Shown here: positions 42,896-55,000 of the stretch, in pieces
Layout: the number at the start of each line of letters is the position of its first letter
How positions within the stretch are numbered: the stretch's first letter is position 1
Assembly: GCA_035361425.1 (NCBI GenBank)
Contig: DAOSCP010000016.1
Location: 4,439 to 68,438 of the forward strand
Length of the DNA: 64,000 bases
Direction: 5' to 3'
DNA from: Ignavibacteriales bacterium
Lineage (GTDB): Bacteria; Bacteroidota; Ignavibacteria; Ignavibacteriales; DAOSCP01
Notes under the pieces: model-generated
Told to the model about the DNA's origin: nothing
Database searches by the model: none
The model's input: only the letters and a program-made list of their open reading frames with translations
Position numbers and translations under genes: made by a program

Positions 42896-44004
42896 ATGAA
42901 TGTAAAACCTTTTATCCCACATGATTTGAATAAAAGTAGATTGGCAACAATTATTCCCTATTATAATAGAAGCCAATAAATCTTTAGCAAGATACGATGC
43001 CTTTTTGCAAAATCTTATAAATCCTGAGTTATTAATAGCACCTTTATTAACGAGATAAGCAGTATATTCAAGTAGAATAGAAGGAACTCAGGTAACAGTT
43101 GAAGATATTATGCTGCATGAAGGTGGAGCTTATGTAAGGGAGAAACAGCTCGAATACAATGCTGATATTAATGAAACAGTAAATTAAAAAAAAAGCCTTA
43201 TTGTATGGTGCTGAAATGGTAACCATTAGAGAATTATCATTAACACTTATAAAAGAATTACAAAGAATGCTGTTAAGCGATGTAAGAGGAAGTAAAGTTT
43301 TAGTAGGAGAATTCAGAAAAAGGTAGGTGTGGATTGGAAATGCTGGAACACCTATTGAAAAAGCAAGATTTATTCCACCTGATTCAGTTATTGTTCGTGA
43401 ACATCTTGAAAAATTTGAAAAGTTCATAAAAGCAGAATATAAAGATACTCTTGTGCAACTTGCTATTATGCACGCACAATTTGAAATTATACATCCATTT
43501 GAAGACGATAACGGTAGAGTTGGAAGATTGCTAATTCCATTATTTTTGAAGTGGAAAAAAATCTTACATTCGCCAAGCTTTTATCTAAGTGAGTATCTTG
43601 AAGAAAATCGTTCAGAATATTATGATAAGTTGTTAGCTGTTTCTGCAAAAAATGATTGGAATGGCTGGATTAAATATATGCTGTAAGCCATAATTATGCA
43701 AGCTAGCACTAATACTTATAAAGCTAAACAAATTATCGAACTTTATAATAGATCCAAAACGGAATTTTGGGAAATTACAAGATCCCAATATGCTGTTCCT
43801 ATACTTGATGCATTTTTAAAAAGCCTGTAATGAAAGGACCAGAGCTCTTTGAGAGTATAAAAAATTACATCAAAAGGGAATTTTTCATCTATTATTAAAA
43901 ATCTTGTTGATAATAAAATAATTACAATTGTTGAAAAGGGGAAAGGTAGATTTCCTACTATTTACAGATATGATAAACTTTATAATTTAGTTTCATCTCT
44001 TTAA
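42896..44004 (+). pseudogene. Fic/DOC-family protein with a C-terminal winged-helix-like tail, heavily disrupted
   Basis: MNVKPFIPHDL | IKVDWQQLFPIIIEANKSLARYDAFL..LLTR*AVYSSRIEGTQ..NETVN* | ALLYGAEMV..GEFRKR*VWIGNAG..HPFEDDNGRVGRLLIPLFL..WIKYML*AII..LDAF | KKPVMKG.. | NFSSIIKNLVDNKIITIVEKGKGRF. Stops are at 43056-58 (TAA), 43185-87 (TAA), 43324-26 (TAG) and 43684-86 (TAA), with at least 4 frameshifts, one of them in the A9 run 43186-43194. Confidence 0.8.
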
Positions 44005-44009
44005 TAAAG

Positions 44010-44068
44010 CCTTGTGGGAAGTTATTATTAGTTTTACTATAAAATAACTTAGCAAAACTTCCCACAGG
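44010..44068 (+). terminator. long-stem hairpin immediately after the Fic pseudogene (possible terminator)
   Basis: CCTTGTGGGAAGTT..(32-nt loop)..AACTTCCCACAGG: a 13-bp stem with one bulge, followed by gtgcatttt. Confidence 0.45.
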
Positions 44069-44198
44069 TGCATTTTGATATTTTGTAATATGATAATTTT
44101 AAATAATTTTTTAAGTGAAAAATTTAATTATAAATTTCTTATCATTTTATTTTTTTATCATTGAATCTTTGCAAATTATTGTCAAGTAGGGTAAAAAA

Positions 44199-44506
44199 TG
44201 TTCTTTAAAGTTGAGTTTAAAGAATATAACCTAGTTTATGTTCTTTTTAAAGAACACAAATTCAATAATGTTCTTTAAAACACGATTTAAAGAACAAAAT
44301 AGGCTTTTAAGTTAATTAAAAGAACTCAAAATCAAAGTTTAGTTTATGTTCTTTTTAAAGAACACAAAGGCAGCTTATGTTCTCTTTAAAGAACGCAAAT
44401 TATTTAGCGTTCTTTAAATCTCGATTTAAAGAACAAAATAAAGTATTATGTTCTATTTGAGGAACACAAATTACATAGTGTTCCTTGAAAAACGATTATT
44501 AGAACA
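44199..44506. repeat. right array of the same palindromic repeat family
   Basis: 61-bp composite modules span 44236-44296, 44375-44435 and 44446-44506. Extra copies start at 44199 (N16), ~44301 (degenerate) and 44345 (N6). They have the same orientation as the left-array module. Confidence 0.85.
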
Positions 44507-44687
44507 TTATAAGTTATTTTGAGTAATTATTAATTGGTTGCAAATAGTGATTAATAAATATAAAAAATTACGATATTTTATCATTCATTATTTTATAAGA
44601 GAATTTAATTAAATACAATATTCTTAAAGCTGCTTTTTGGCTAAGTCTTTAAAAATTAGTATATTTAAATGCTAAATTGGAGTTAAT

Positions 44688-45941
44688 ATGAATATATTAG
44701 TTATAGGAGAAGGCGGAAGAGAACACGCTATAATTAAAACAATCAAAAAATCAAAAAAATGTGAAAAATTATTTGCTCTACCGGGAAATGCTGGAATATC
44801 ATCAGATGCTGAGTGTGTAAATATTAACACTAATGATTTTGAAAAAATATTAGAATTTGTCAAAAACAATAATATTAACTTAGTAGTTGTTGGACCAGAA
44901 GTTCCGCTCGCAAATGGTATAACAGATTATTTAAATAATCATAATGTTAGAGTATTTGGTCCTGTACAAAAAGCAGCAGAAATAGAAGCAAGCAAAGTAT
45001 TTGCTAAAAATTTGATGAAAAAGTATAACATTCCAACAGCTACATTTGAAGTATTTGAAAATTATGATGAGGCAATAAATTATATCAAAAATAATAATAA
45101 ATATCCTGTTGTAATAAAAGCGGATGGTCTTGCAGCTGGAAAAGGAGTTTTAATTCCTAAAAATTACGATGAGGCAGAAAGTGCACTAAAAGAAATTATG
45201 CTAGATAAAACTTTTGGAGATGCAGGAAATAGAGTTGTGATTGAAAAATTTCTCAAAGGGATTGAAATGTCTATACTTGCCTTTACTGATGGTAAAACGG
45301 TTGTTCCTATGGTTTCCGCTAAAGATTATAAAAAGGTTGGCGAAGGCGATACCGGATTAAATACTGGCGGTATGGGCGCAATTTCTCCTAATCCTATTTA
45401 TACCGATGAAGTGGCAGATTATTGTTATAAAAATATATTTCTCCCTACAATTGAGGCGCTTACAAAAGAAAATAGAAAATTCAAAGGTGTTTTATATTTT
45501 GGAATGATTAAAACAGATGACGGTATTTATGTGATAGAATATAATTGTAGATTTGGTGATCCAGAAACGCAGGTAATCTTACCAAGATTAAAAACAGATA
45601 TAGTTGATATCTTTGAAGCCGTTATTGATGAAAGATTAAATGAAATAAAAATCGAGTGGTTGGATGATGTAGCGATGACAATTGTTTTAGCATCGGGTGG
45701 ATATCCTAAAGAGTATAAAAAAGGTTATGAAATTAAAAATCTTGATAAAATTGAAAAAGATATTATTGTATTTCACGCAGGGACGAAAATTAAAGATGGG
45801 AAAATTGTTACCAATGGTGGTAGAGTTCTTAATGTTACATACTTAGGAAAATCATTTGATGAAGTAAAGGGGAAAATACTAAAAGCTTGTCAAGTAATTG
45901 ATTTTGAAAATAAATATTTTAGAAAAGATATTGGAATATAA
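44688..45941 (+). CDS. purD: phosphoribosylamine-glycine ligase
   Basis: [14 protein letters not shown].., an ATP-grasp core, and [12 protein letters not shown]. Confidence 0.97.
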   Translation: MNILVIGEGGREHAIIKTIKKSKKCEKLFALPGNAGISSDAECVNINTNDFEKILEFVKNNNINLVVVGPEVPLANGITDYLNNHNVRVFGPVQKAAEIEASKVFAKNLMKKYNIPTATFEVFENYDEAINYIKNNNKYPVVIKADGLAAGKGVLIPKNYDEAESALKEIMLDKTFGDAGNRVVIEKFLKGIEMSILAFTDGKTVVPMVSAKDYKKVGEGDTGLNTGGMGAISPNPIYTDEVADYCYKNIFLPTIEALTKENRKFKGVLYFGMIKTDDGIYVIEYNCRFGDPETQVILPRLKTDIVDIFEAVIDERLNEIKIEWLDDVAMTIVLASGGYPKEYKKGYEIKNLDKIEKDIIVFHAGTKIKDGKIVTNGGRVLNVTYLGKSFDEVKGKILKACQVIDFENKYFRKDIGI

Positions 45942-45945
45942 AAAT

Positions 45946-47046
45946 ATGTATGATACACAATTAAAAGAATTGCAAGAATTAAAAGAAAAAGTTGGTAGTT
46001 TGTACAATTATTTAAAAATTGAAGAAAAAGAAATAAAATTTGCAAATCTTGAAGAGATATCTCATAAACCTGATTTTTGGGATGACCAACAAAATGCACA
46101 GAAAATCTTAAAAGAAATGAATTCTGTAAAATGGTGGATAGATGAATATAGAAATTTAAACAAAAAAATTGAAGATACGCAAGCACTTATAGAATTAGCT
46201 AGTGCCGAAGAAGATACATCATTAGAAGAAGAGATAAATAGTGAAATAATATCATTAAAAAATAAAATCGATGATATTGAATTTAAAAATATGTTGAGTG
46301 ATGAAAATGACAAACTAAATTGTATTCTAACAATACACTCAGGCGCTGGTGGAACAGAGGCACAAGATTGGGCAGAAATGTTATTAAGAATGTATCTTCG
46401 TTTTGGTGAACAGAATGGTTTTAAAATGTCTGTAGTAGATATCCTTGATGGTGATGGTGCAGGAATTAAAAGTGCAACTGTTGAAGTTGAAGGAGAATAT
46501 AGTTATGGATATTTAAAAGCAGAAAATGGAGTTCATCGTTTAGTTAGAATTTCTCCATTTGATGTCAATAAAAGAAGACATACATCTTTTGCATCTGTAT
46601 CTGTTATTCCGGAAATAGAGGACGATATTAATATTGAGATAAATCCTGCAGATTTAAGGATTGATACATATAGATCCGGTGGTAAAGGCGGGCAGAACGT
46701 CAATAAAGTTGAAACTGCTGTGAGAATAACTCACATTCCAACAGGTGTGGTTGCTGCATGTCAAGTAGAAAGATCTCAATTGCAAAATAAAGAAAGAGCA
46801 ATGAAAATGCTTAAAGCTAAGCTTTATCAATTAGAACTAGAGAAAAAAATGGAAGAGAAGCAGCAGCTTGAAAGCAGTAAATTAAAAATTGAGTGGGGTA
46901 GTCAGATAAGATCCTATGTAATGCATCCTTATAATTTGGTAAAAGATCATCGAACTAATGCAGAAACATCAAATGTTGAAGCGGTTATGGATGGTGATAT
47001 TTTAATGTTTATTAAAGAATATTTAATGTTAAATTCACAAAAATAA
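45946..47046 (+). CDS. prfB: peptide chain release factor 2 (single uninterrupted frame, no programmed frameshift)
   Basis: SPF tripeptide ([18 protein letters not shown]) and GGQ ([24 protein letters not shown]). The ATG at 45946 lies 4 nt after the purD stop. The 16 extra codons in the ORF track overlap purD and are not credible. Confidence 0.95.
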   Translation: MYDTQLKELQELKEKVGSLYNYLKIEEKEIKFANLEEISHKPDFWDDQQNAQKILKEMNSVKWWIDEYRNLNKKIEDTQALIELASAEEDTSLEEEINSEIISLKNKIDDIEFKNMLSDENDKLNCILTIHSGAGGTEAQDWAEMLLRMYLRFGEQNGFKMSVVDILDGDGAGIKSATVEVEGEYSYGYLKAENGVHRLVRISPFDVNKRRHTSFASVSVIPEIEDDINIEINPADLRIDTYRSGGKGGQNVNKVETAVRITHIPTGVVAACQVERSQLQNKERAMKMLKAKLYQLELEKKMEEKQQLESSKLKIEWGSQIRSYVMHPYNLVKDHRTNAETSNVEAVMDGDILMFIKEYLMLNSQK

Positions 47047-47057
47047 GTGAAACTTTT

Positions 47058-47642
47058 ATGGAAAATCAAAATCAAATCAATGATGATATGCTTCTTGTTG
47101 AGAAAGCTAAAAGTGGAGATCAACAGGCATTAACTGAATTAGTTAAAAAGTATCAAGATACTATCTATAATTTTGCATTTAAAATGTGCAGGAATAAAGA
47201 GCGTGCTGAAAATGCAATGCAAGATACTTTTTATAATATGTTAAAATCACTTCATCAGTTTGATGGAAAATCTAAATTTTCCACATGGTTATATAAAATT
47301 GTAGCCAATAATTGTTTTATGCAACACAGAGTTGAAAATAAGCATAAAATAGATGACATAGATGATCAAGAAGAAATTTTTGAAAATATCGCACACTATG
47401 ATGTGATGATGTTTCCTGATGTTAATGCAGAAAATGAAGAATTAAAAAGAATATTAGATGAAGCTATAAAAAAATTACCAGAAGATTATAGAATAGTTTT
47501 TGTGTTGAGAGATTTGCAAGGACTTTCAGTTGAGGAGACAGCAGAAATTACAAAGTTATCTATTCCAACTGTTAAAACTCGATTACATCGTGCTAGAAGG
47601 TTTTTGCAAAAAGAATTAACAAAAGCGCTGGAGTTAAAATGA
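47058..47642 (+). CDS. ECF-type RNA polymerase sigma factor (sigma-70 family, group 4)
   Basis: Region 2 (YQDTIYNFAFKMCRNKERAENAMQDTF) and region 4 HTH (LQGLSVEETAEITKLSIPTVKTRLHRAR). Confidence 0.9.
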   Translation: MENQNQINDDMLLVEKAKSGDQQALTELVKKYQDTIYNFAFKMCRNKERAENAMQDTFYNMLKSLHQFDGKSKFSTWLYKIVANNCFMQHRVENKHKIDDIDDQEEIFENIAHYDVMMFPDVNAENEELKRILDEAIKKLPEDYRIVFVLRDLQGLSVEETAEITKLSIPTVKTRLHRARRFLQKELTKALELK

Positions 47643-47872
47643 AAAGTCAATGTTCTAAAATTCGCGAAATGATATGTGATGAATATGATTTTAATGACAG
47701 TTCTCAAAATAGATTACAAGAAATTGAAGAGCATTTGAAAATTTGTGAGGATTGCAGAAATTATGTAGAAAATTTGAGAAAAGTTGTTGTCTATTATCAA
47801 AAATATGAAATTCATGTTGATGAAGAATGTAGCATTAGGATATTGAAAAAATTAGGATTATATAAAGGATAA
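47639..47872 (+). CDS. putative zf-HC2 anti-sigma factor (short, cytoplasmic)
   Basis: The ATGA start overlaps the sigma gene stop. The H-x3-C-x2-C motif (EEHLKICEDCRNY) is typical of anti-sigma zinc fingers. Confidence 0.65.
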   Translation: MKSQCSKIREMICDEYDFNDSSQNRLQEIEEHLKICEDCRNYVENLRKVVVYYQKYEIHVDEECSIRILKKLGLYKG

Positions 47873-47876
47873 TAAA

Positions 47877-48308
47877 ATGAGTGACGTTCACTATTACAAA
47901 ACAGTAGTAAAATGGGAAAAAGACCGAATAGGCATTTTAAGTGCTCCCGAATTAGAAAGTTTTAGGGTTGCAACTCCGCCAGAATTTCCAAAAGGCGTAC
48001 CAGGGATATGGTCTCCTGAACATTTATTTGTTTCATCTGTTAATGTTTGTTATATGACAACTTTTTTGGCAATTGCAGAAAATTCTAAATTAAATTTTGA
48101 TTCATTTGAGTGTGAAGCGGTTGGTAAATTAGAAAAAGTAGATGGAAAATTTATGATATCTGAAATTGAACTTTATCCAAAACTAAAAATTTCAAATGAA
48201 GATCAGAAAGAAAGAGCCGAAAGGATATTGCAAAAATCCGAAGAATATTGTTTGATTTCAAATTCAATTAAAACAAAAGTATCTTTAAAACCGGAGATTG
48301 TTGTTTAA
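47877..48308 (+). CDS. OsmC/Ohr-family peroxiredoxin-like protein
   Basis: 143 aa; PEHLFVSSVNVCYMTTF and ..SEEYCLISNS carry the two conserved Cys contexts of OsmC. Confidence 0.8.
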   Translation: MSDVHYYKTVVKWEKDRIGILSAPELESFRVATPPEFPKGVPGIWSPEHLFVSSVNVCYMTTFLAIAENSKLNFDSFECEAVGKLEKVDGKFMISEIELYPKLKISNEDQKERAERILQKSEEYCLISNSIKTKVSLKPEIVV

Positions 48309-48325
48309 ATAAATTGGAGGTACTT

Positions 48326-48571
48326 ATGCCTATATATGAATATAGATGTAGTAAATGTAATACAAAATTTGAAATATTTTTAAAATCTATAAATGAAGAA
48401 GTAAAGCCTATCTGCCCAAATTGCAATTCTGAAGAGGTATCAAAATTATTATCAAAAGTTAACTCTAAAGTTTCTGGTGTAGGTGTTTATGCAAAAGAGT
48501 ATGTAGATAGTTCTTATAGTTGTGATAGCGGTAGTTGTTGTAGCGGTGGTAGTTGTGGTTGCGGTAATTGA
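48326..48571 (+). CDS. FmdB-family zinc-ribbon protein with a Cys/Gly/Ser-rich tail
   Basis: MPIYEYRCSKCNTKFE..CPNCNS (CxxC..CxxC). The ATG at 48326 follows ggagg. The tail is SCDSGSCCSGGSCGCGN. Confidence 0.85.
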   Translation: MPIYEYRCSKCNTKFEIFLKSINEEVKPICPNCNSEEVSKLLSKVNSKVSGVGVYAKEYVDSSYSCDSGSCCSGGSCGCGN

Positions 48572-48620
48572 TATAATCATTTGTTATAAAAAATGATAAA
48601 AATTTGAATAATAAAATATT

Positions 48621-48678
48621 AAAAAACGATCGTCTAAATGGAAAAATAGTTAAAATTTCCAGACGATCGTTTTTTTTA
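48621..48678 (+). terminator. intrinsic terminator
   Basis: AAAAAACGATCGTCT..TGGAAA..TTTCCAGACGATCG extended hairpin followed by a T8 run. Confidence 0.75.
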
Positions 48679-48794
48679 TCTATGAGAATAATTAATTAAC
48701 TTTATAAAAAAACGATGTTTTTTATATAAAATTTAATTGTGAATTTTATATAAATATTCATATATTTAAATTTTATATTTCTTAAGGTGTGATA

Positions 48795-49703
48795 ATGAGA
48801 ATTTTTATTATTGGTGCTACCGGGCTAATCGGACGACATTTAGTTGAAAATTTAAAAGAAAAGCATCAAATATTTGTAGTTACAAGAGATACTAACAAGG
48901 CAAAAGAAATATTTGGGGAATCGATATCAGTAATTCATTGGGATTATAAAAGTTTATGTCCGACATTTACTAGTAGTTTAGCATTTGCTGATGGAATTAT
49001 TAATTTGGCAGGTGCAAATATTGGAAAAAGGTGGACAAAACATTATAAAAAAGTAATTCTTGAAAGCAGAGCAGAAACAACAAAATACCTTGTAGAAAAT
49101 ATGCTTAATAGTGGTAAGAAATTTGAATTTTTTATAAACACGTCTGCAGTTGGATATTATGGGTCAAGTTTATCCGATAAAATTTATGATGAAAATAGTA
49201 TGCCAGGTGATGATTTCCTTGCAAAAGTTTGTATAGAGTGGGAAAACTATGCAAATATGGCAAAAGAAATTACAAATAAATTCGTTATTACCAGATTTGG
49301 AGTAGTTTTTGCAAAAAAAGGTAGTGCTTTACAAAAAATGTTACTACCTTTCAAATTATTTATGGGAGGCGAAATAGCTACAGGTAAACAATGGCTTTCA
49401 TGGATACATATAGATGATTTATTAAATATTTTTGATTTAATCATTGATACAGGCAAATTAAATAGTGTTGTAAATTTAGTTTCTCCAAATCCAGTTCAGA
49501 ATAATGAGTTTACAAGTATAGTTTCAAAAGTACTAAATAGGCCATCCTTTATAAGAATGCCGGAATTTGCATTAAAGCTCCTTTTGGGAGATGGTGCAAT
49601 GATTCTGACAAAAGGACAGAGAGTATATCCAAAATGTCTTACCGAAATTAACTATGAGTATAAGTATAGCGATATTTCGCAAGTTATTAAATCTGTAAGT
49701 TAA
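48795..49703 (+). CDS. TIGR01777/YfcH-type NAD-dependent epimerase-family protein (with a DUF1731 C-terminus)
   Basis: MRIFIIGATGLIGRHL Rossmann motif; ..NLAGANIGKRWT.. and the C-terminal ..LLGDGAMILTKGQRVYP are typical of this family. Confidence 0.8.
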   Translation: MRIFIIGATGLIGRHLVENLKEKHQIFVVTRDTNKAKEIFGESISVIHWDYKSLCPTFTSSLAFADGIINLAGANIGKRWTKHYKKVILESRAETTKYLVENMLNSGKKFEFFINTSAVGYYGSSLSDKIYDENSMPGDDFLAKVCIEWENYANMAKEITNKFVITRFGVVFAKKGSALQKMLLPFKLFMGGEIATGKQWLSWIHIDDLLNIFDLIIDTGKLNSVVNLVSPNPVQNNEFTSIVSKVLNRPSFIRMPEFALKLLLGDGAMILTKGQRVYPKCLTEINYEYKYSDISQVIKSVS

Positions 49704-49728
49704 ATTAATATTAAAATTAGGTAAAATC

Positions 49729-49757
49729 TTGACTTATTGAGTTTTTATTATTATTTT
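49729..49757 (+). promoter_or_regulatory. sigma-70-type groESL promoter (TTGACT-N17-TATTTT)
   Basis: The -35 TTGACT is at 49729-49734 and the -10 TATTTT at 49752-49757, with the CIRCE operator immediately overlapping or downstream. Confidence 0.5.
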
Positions 49758-49782
49758 AGCACTCGCAAATTAAGAGTGCTAA
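49756..49782 (+). promoter_or_regulatory. CIRCE operator (HrcA binding site)
   Basis: TTAGCACTC-gcaaattaa-GAGTGCTAA is a perfect match to the CIRCE consensus TTAGCACTC-N9-GAGTGCTAA. It lies 47 nt upstream of groES. Confidence 0.95.
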
Positions 49783-49829
49783 TAAAAAACACAAAGTTTA
49801 TTAACAAACAAAATATATGGAGGTTAACA

Positions 49830-50123
49830 ATGGCTGAATTAAAAATCAGACCCCTCGGTGATCGTGTTATTGTAGAACCAAAAGAAGCAGAAGAAAAAAC
49901 AGCTTCTGGTATCATTCTTCCTGATACTGCAAAAGAAAAACCTGTTGAAGGAACAGTAGTAGCTGTATCACAAGGAAAAAGAAATGATAAAGGCGAATTA
50001 ATACCATTAGAAGTAAAAGTTGGTGATAGAGTACTTTATGGTAAATACGCTGGTAACGAAATTAAAATTGATGGCAAAGAATATTTGATTATGAGAGAAT
50101 CAGATATCTATGCAATTTTATAA
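49830..50123 (+). CDS. groES: co-chaperonin GroES
   Basis: [31 protein letters not shown]; the ATG follows ggagg. The upstream extension in the ORF track covers the CIRCE element and is not coding. Confidence 0.97.
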   Translation: MAELKIRPLGDRVIVEPKEAEEKTASGIILPDTAKEKPVEGTVVAVSQGKRNDKGELIPLEVKVGDRVLYGKYAGNEIKIDGKEYLIMRESDIYAIL

Positions 50124-50133
50124 TTAATGGTAA

Positions 50134-51792
<1,659 letters not shown>

Positions 51793-51810
51793 AATAATGT
51801 TAAATTACAG

Positions 51811-51848
51811 AAAAGCGGGTTATCGAAAGATAGCCCGCTTTTTTTTTC
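51811..51848 (+). terminator. intrinsic terminator after groEL
   Basis: AAAAGCGGGTTATC-gaaa-GATAGCCCGCTT hairpin followed by a T9 run. Confidence 0.85.
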
Positions 51849-52047
51849 AACTTTAATTTTGCGGATTAATTATATTTCGTGAATGTAATTAAAAGTAATT
51901 TGAAAATTCAATTATTTATAATATTTTAGTGATTGTATTTTATTAGGTTTTAACTACATCTATTTTTTGTAGAAAAATATGTTATGAGATTTAAATATGA
52001 TGTTATAATTTAGAATTATTTTATTGTTGTTTTATCCGAGGTTACAA

Positions 52048-55000
52048 TTGAAAAATATCTTACTATTAATGTTGATAGCATCTATTAGTTTTGCTAAACC
52101 TTTTATAAGTCAAAGGCTTAAATATTATCTGGATAGATATAATTCAGATGAAATAATTTCCACAATTGTATATTTTCACGACCAGGTTGATTTAGATGAA
52201 CTTGAAGAATTTTTCAAACAAAATAATGTTAATGCAGCACAAAGAGCGTATCTAACAATAACTAAATTACAGGAAAAATCAAAACAATATAATTATTTTG
52301 AAGAGGCATTTATAAAACAAATAGTGATAGAGAATAGCGAGTATTTTAATATTCAAAAATTCTGGATATTTAATGGATATCAAATTGAAACAAAAAAGAA
52401 AAATATTGAAAAATTACTTAATTTTAATGAAATAGCATATATAGATTTAGATGCACCAATATTTAGGGATGATCCAGATGTTGGTAGTAAAGTAGCTGAA
52501 GGTTATTCGATATCTGTAGCAATAGATAATTTGAAAGTTGTCAAAGCACATAAACTATGGCAAAAAGGAATAACAGGCAAAGGTAGATTAGTATTAGGGC
52601 TAGATAGCGGTGTAGATGGAAATCATCCTGCATTAAATTACAAATGGAGAGGTAAAACAGTACCTTTAAATCAGGCGTGGTTTGATCCAAATAATTCAAA
52701 TTTTCCATCTGATTGTGAAGAACATGGAACTCATACTATGGGGACAATGGTAGGCTTAGGAAAAATGACAGGAGATACAGTTGGTGTTGCTATAGATGCT
52801 GAGTGGATAGCTGCAAAAGTAACGTGTAATGACGGAATAATTACTAGCACAATTCTCTCAGCTTTTCAATGGGCTATGGATCCTGATAATAATCCAAATA
52901 CTACAAGTGATATGCCCGATGCTATAAATTGCAGCTGGTATGACCCGGATGTTAGTGATGAATGTAACGGAGTTTATGTGCAAACATTAACTGCGTTAGA
53001 AACTGTTGGAATTGCTGTTGTGTTTTCAGCAGGAAATTCTGGGCCTTATGCTTCAACAATAACTAAACCTAAAAATATAAATAAAACAGTTGTTAATTCA
53101 TTTTGTGTTGGTGCTATAAATCATACATATTACATACAAGGTAATAATAATCCAATAGTAAGTTTTTCTAGTAGAGGTCCTTCTAAATGTGGGGGCACTG
53201 GTTCATTGTTGATAAAACCAGAGGTAGCTGCTCCCGGAGTTAATATAAAATCTACTGTACCAGGTGGTGGATATGCTCAAACAAATTGGAATGGAACCTC
53301 TATGGCTTCTCCACATGTTGCAGGAGCAGTTGCGTTGTTAAAAGAAGCCTATCCAGATTTGCCAGGTTATATCATTAAAGAAGCTTTATATCACACTGCA
53401 ATTGATTTAGGGCAAGTTGGTGAAGATAATGACTATGGTAAAGGATTGATTGATATTGAAGCAGCTTATAACTATCTTGAGCAATATAATGACAAAATCC
53501 CGCCCGAGAAGGTTACTATACTAAGTGTTGTAGATACTTTTTCAAATGGTGCTAAAATACAATGGAAAACTCCAAAAGATAATAAAGGAGTAACAAATTT
53601 CGATATTAGAATTTCAGAAAATCCTATCGATACATTAAATTTCCATTTGGCTCAAAAAATTCAGTATATAGGCGAACCTGATACAGTAAAATTAAATACT
53701 TTGACAATAAAAAACTTAATGTCTAAAACAAAGTATTATGTTGCTATTAAAGCAATGGATAACGTAAAAAATTATTCAAAAATTTCTGATAATTTGATGT
53801 TTACTACTTTGGATAAACCAATATTGTATATAGATAAAGATACTATGTATTTGAGTGCAGCAGGGAATTTTGAAAAGATAAAAGATTCGTTGTTAATAAA
53901 AAATAATCAAACAACAAAATCAACATTAGAATTCAAAATAAATATTAAGAATAAATCAGTTGAATATGATAATATTATGGCTAAATTGGTACCAAATCAA
54001 TCAGTTCTTGAAAGAGGTAGTGCAATTTATGGTGCCGGTGGGTCAGATAAATATGGCTACATCTGGATTGATAATGATTTTTCTAAAAATGTAAAATTTG
54101 TATGGAATGATATCAAGAATGATGGTGACAAAATAGATTTTTGGGATGGTTATAGTAATGTTTTAGGTAATCAAAATGAAGGTTTTTATGGACCTATTGA
54201 TTTAGGTTTTAATTTTAATTTTTATAATAGTTTGAGAAATCAAATTTATGTTAGTACTAATGGAATAATTGCTTTTTCTCCTTTCGATGAAGGTTATGGA
54301 AAAAATTTAACAATCCCAAATAAAACTTTACCTAACGGAATAATAGCTCCATTATGGGATGAATTAGATGGTAAAGATTCTGGAGCTGTATATTATAAAG
54401 TTGAGAACGATAAATGCATTATTCAATTTGAAAATTGGAATAGATATTCAATTACAAATAAAGGTACTTATACATTTCAGGTTGTATTAAATAAAGATAA
54501 CACAATCAATTTATATTATAAGAAAATTGATGGAGTAAGTAATGACTGTACTATTGGAATTGAAAATTTTGATGGAACAGATGGTTTACAAATTGTATAT
54601 AATGCACCTTATTTAAAAGATAGTTTGGCGGTAGTAATAAGAAAAATTCCTGTTTGGTATAAGGCTGATACACTTTCTGCGATTTTATACAACGGTAATT
54701 CTGTTTACTATTATGTTGAAATTGATGATACCACATTAGATTATGGCCGTTATATTGCTGATGTTATAATTCAATCAAATGATGATAATAATAAGCTTAA
54801 AGTAATACCTTTAATTTTTAAGTTCAATAAGCAGCCATTAGGGAATGAAAAACAAATTATAAAGAATTTTGCACTATATCAAAATTTCCCAAATCCTTTT
54901 AATCCAGGTACAAATATTAAATTTGATATCGCAAGGAAGTCACATGTTGTAATTAATATATATGATGTTTTAGGAAGAAAAGTTAAAGAAATTGTTAATG

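Noticed and set aside
42244-44506. Possible CRISPR array belonging to the decayed cas operon.
   Set aside because: The repeats are short palindromes of variable sequence with irregular spacing (N6 and N16 types, 61-bp composite modules) and no unique spacers of uniform length. They lie 38 kb from the cas remnants and flank a Fic gene.
42244-44506. Transposon terminal inverted repeats or integron attC sites around the Fic gene.
   Set aside because: The 61-bp modules are in direct, not inverted, orientation on both sides. There is no transposase, integrase or recombinase ORF in the interval. The half-sites do not fit the RYYYAAC/GTTRRRY attC core.
45898-45945. N-terminal extension of prfB in the ORF track, and a search for the canonical CTT TGA C frameshift site.
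   Set aside because: The extension overlaps the 3' end of purD and starts at a non-ATG codon. RF2 homology begins at ATG 45946. No in-frame TGA or shift site is present.
49737-49829. 5' extension of the groES ORF ([15 protein letters not shown]..).
   Set aside because: It is a low-complexity translation of the promoter and CIRCE region. A strong RBS (ggagg) precedes ATG 49830, where GroES homology starts.
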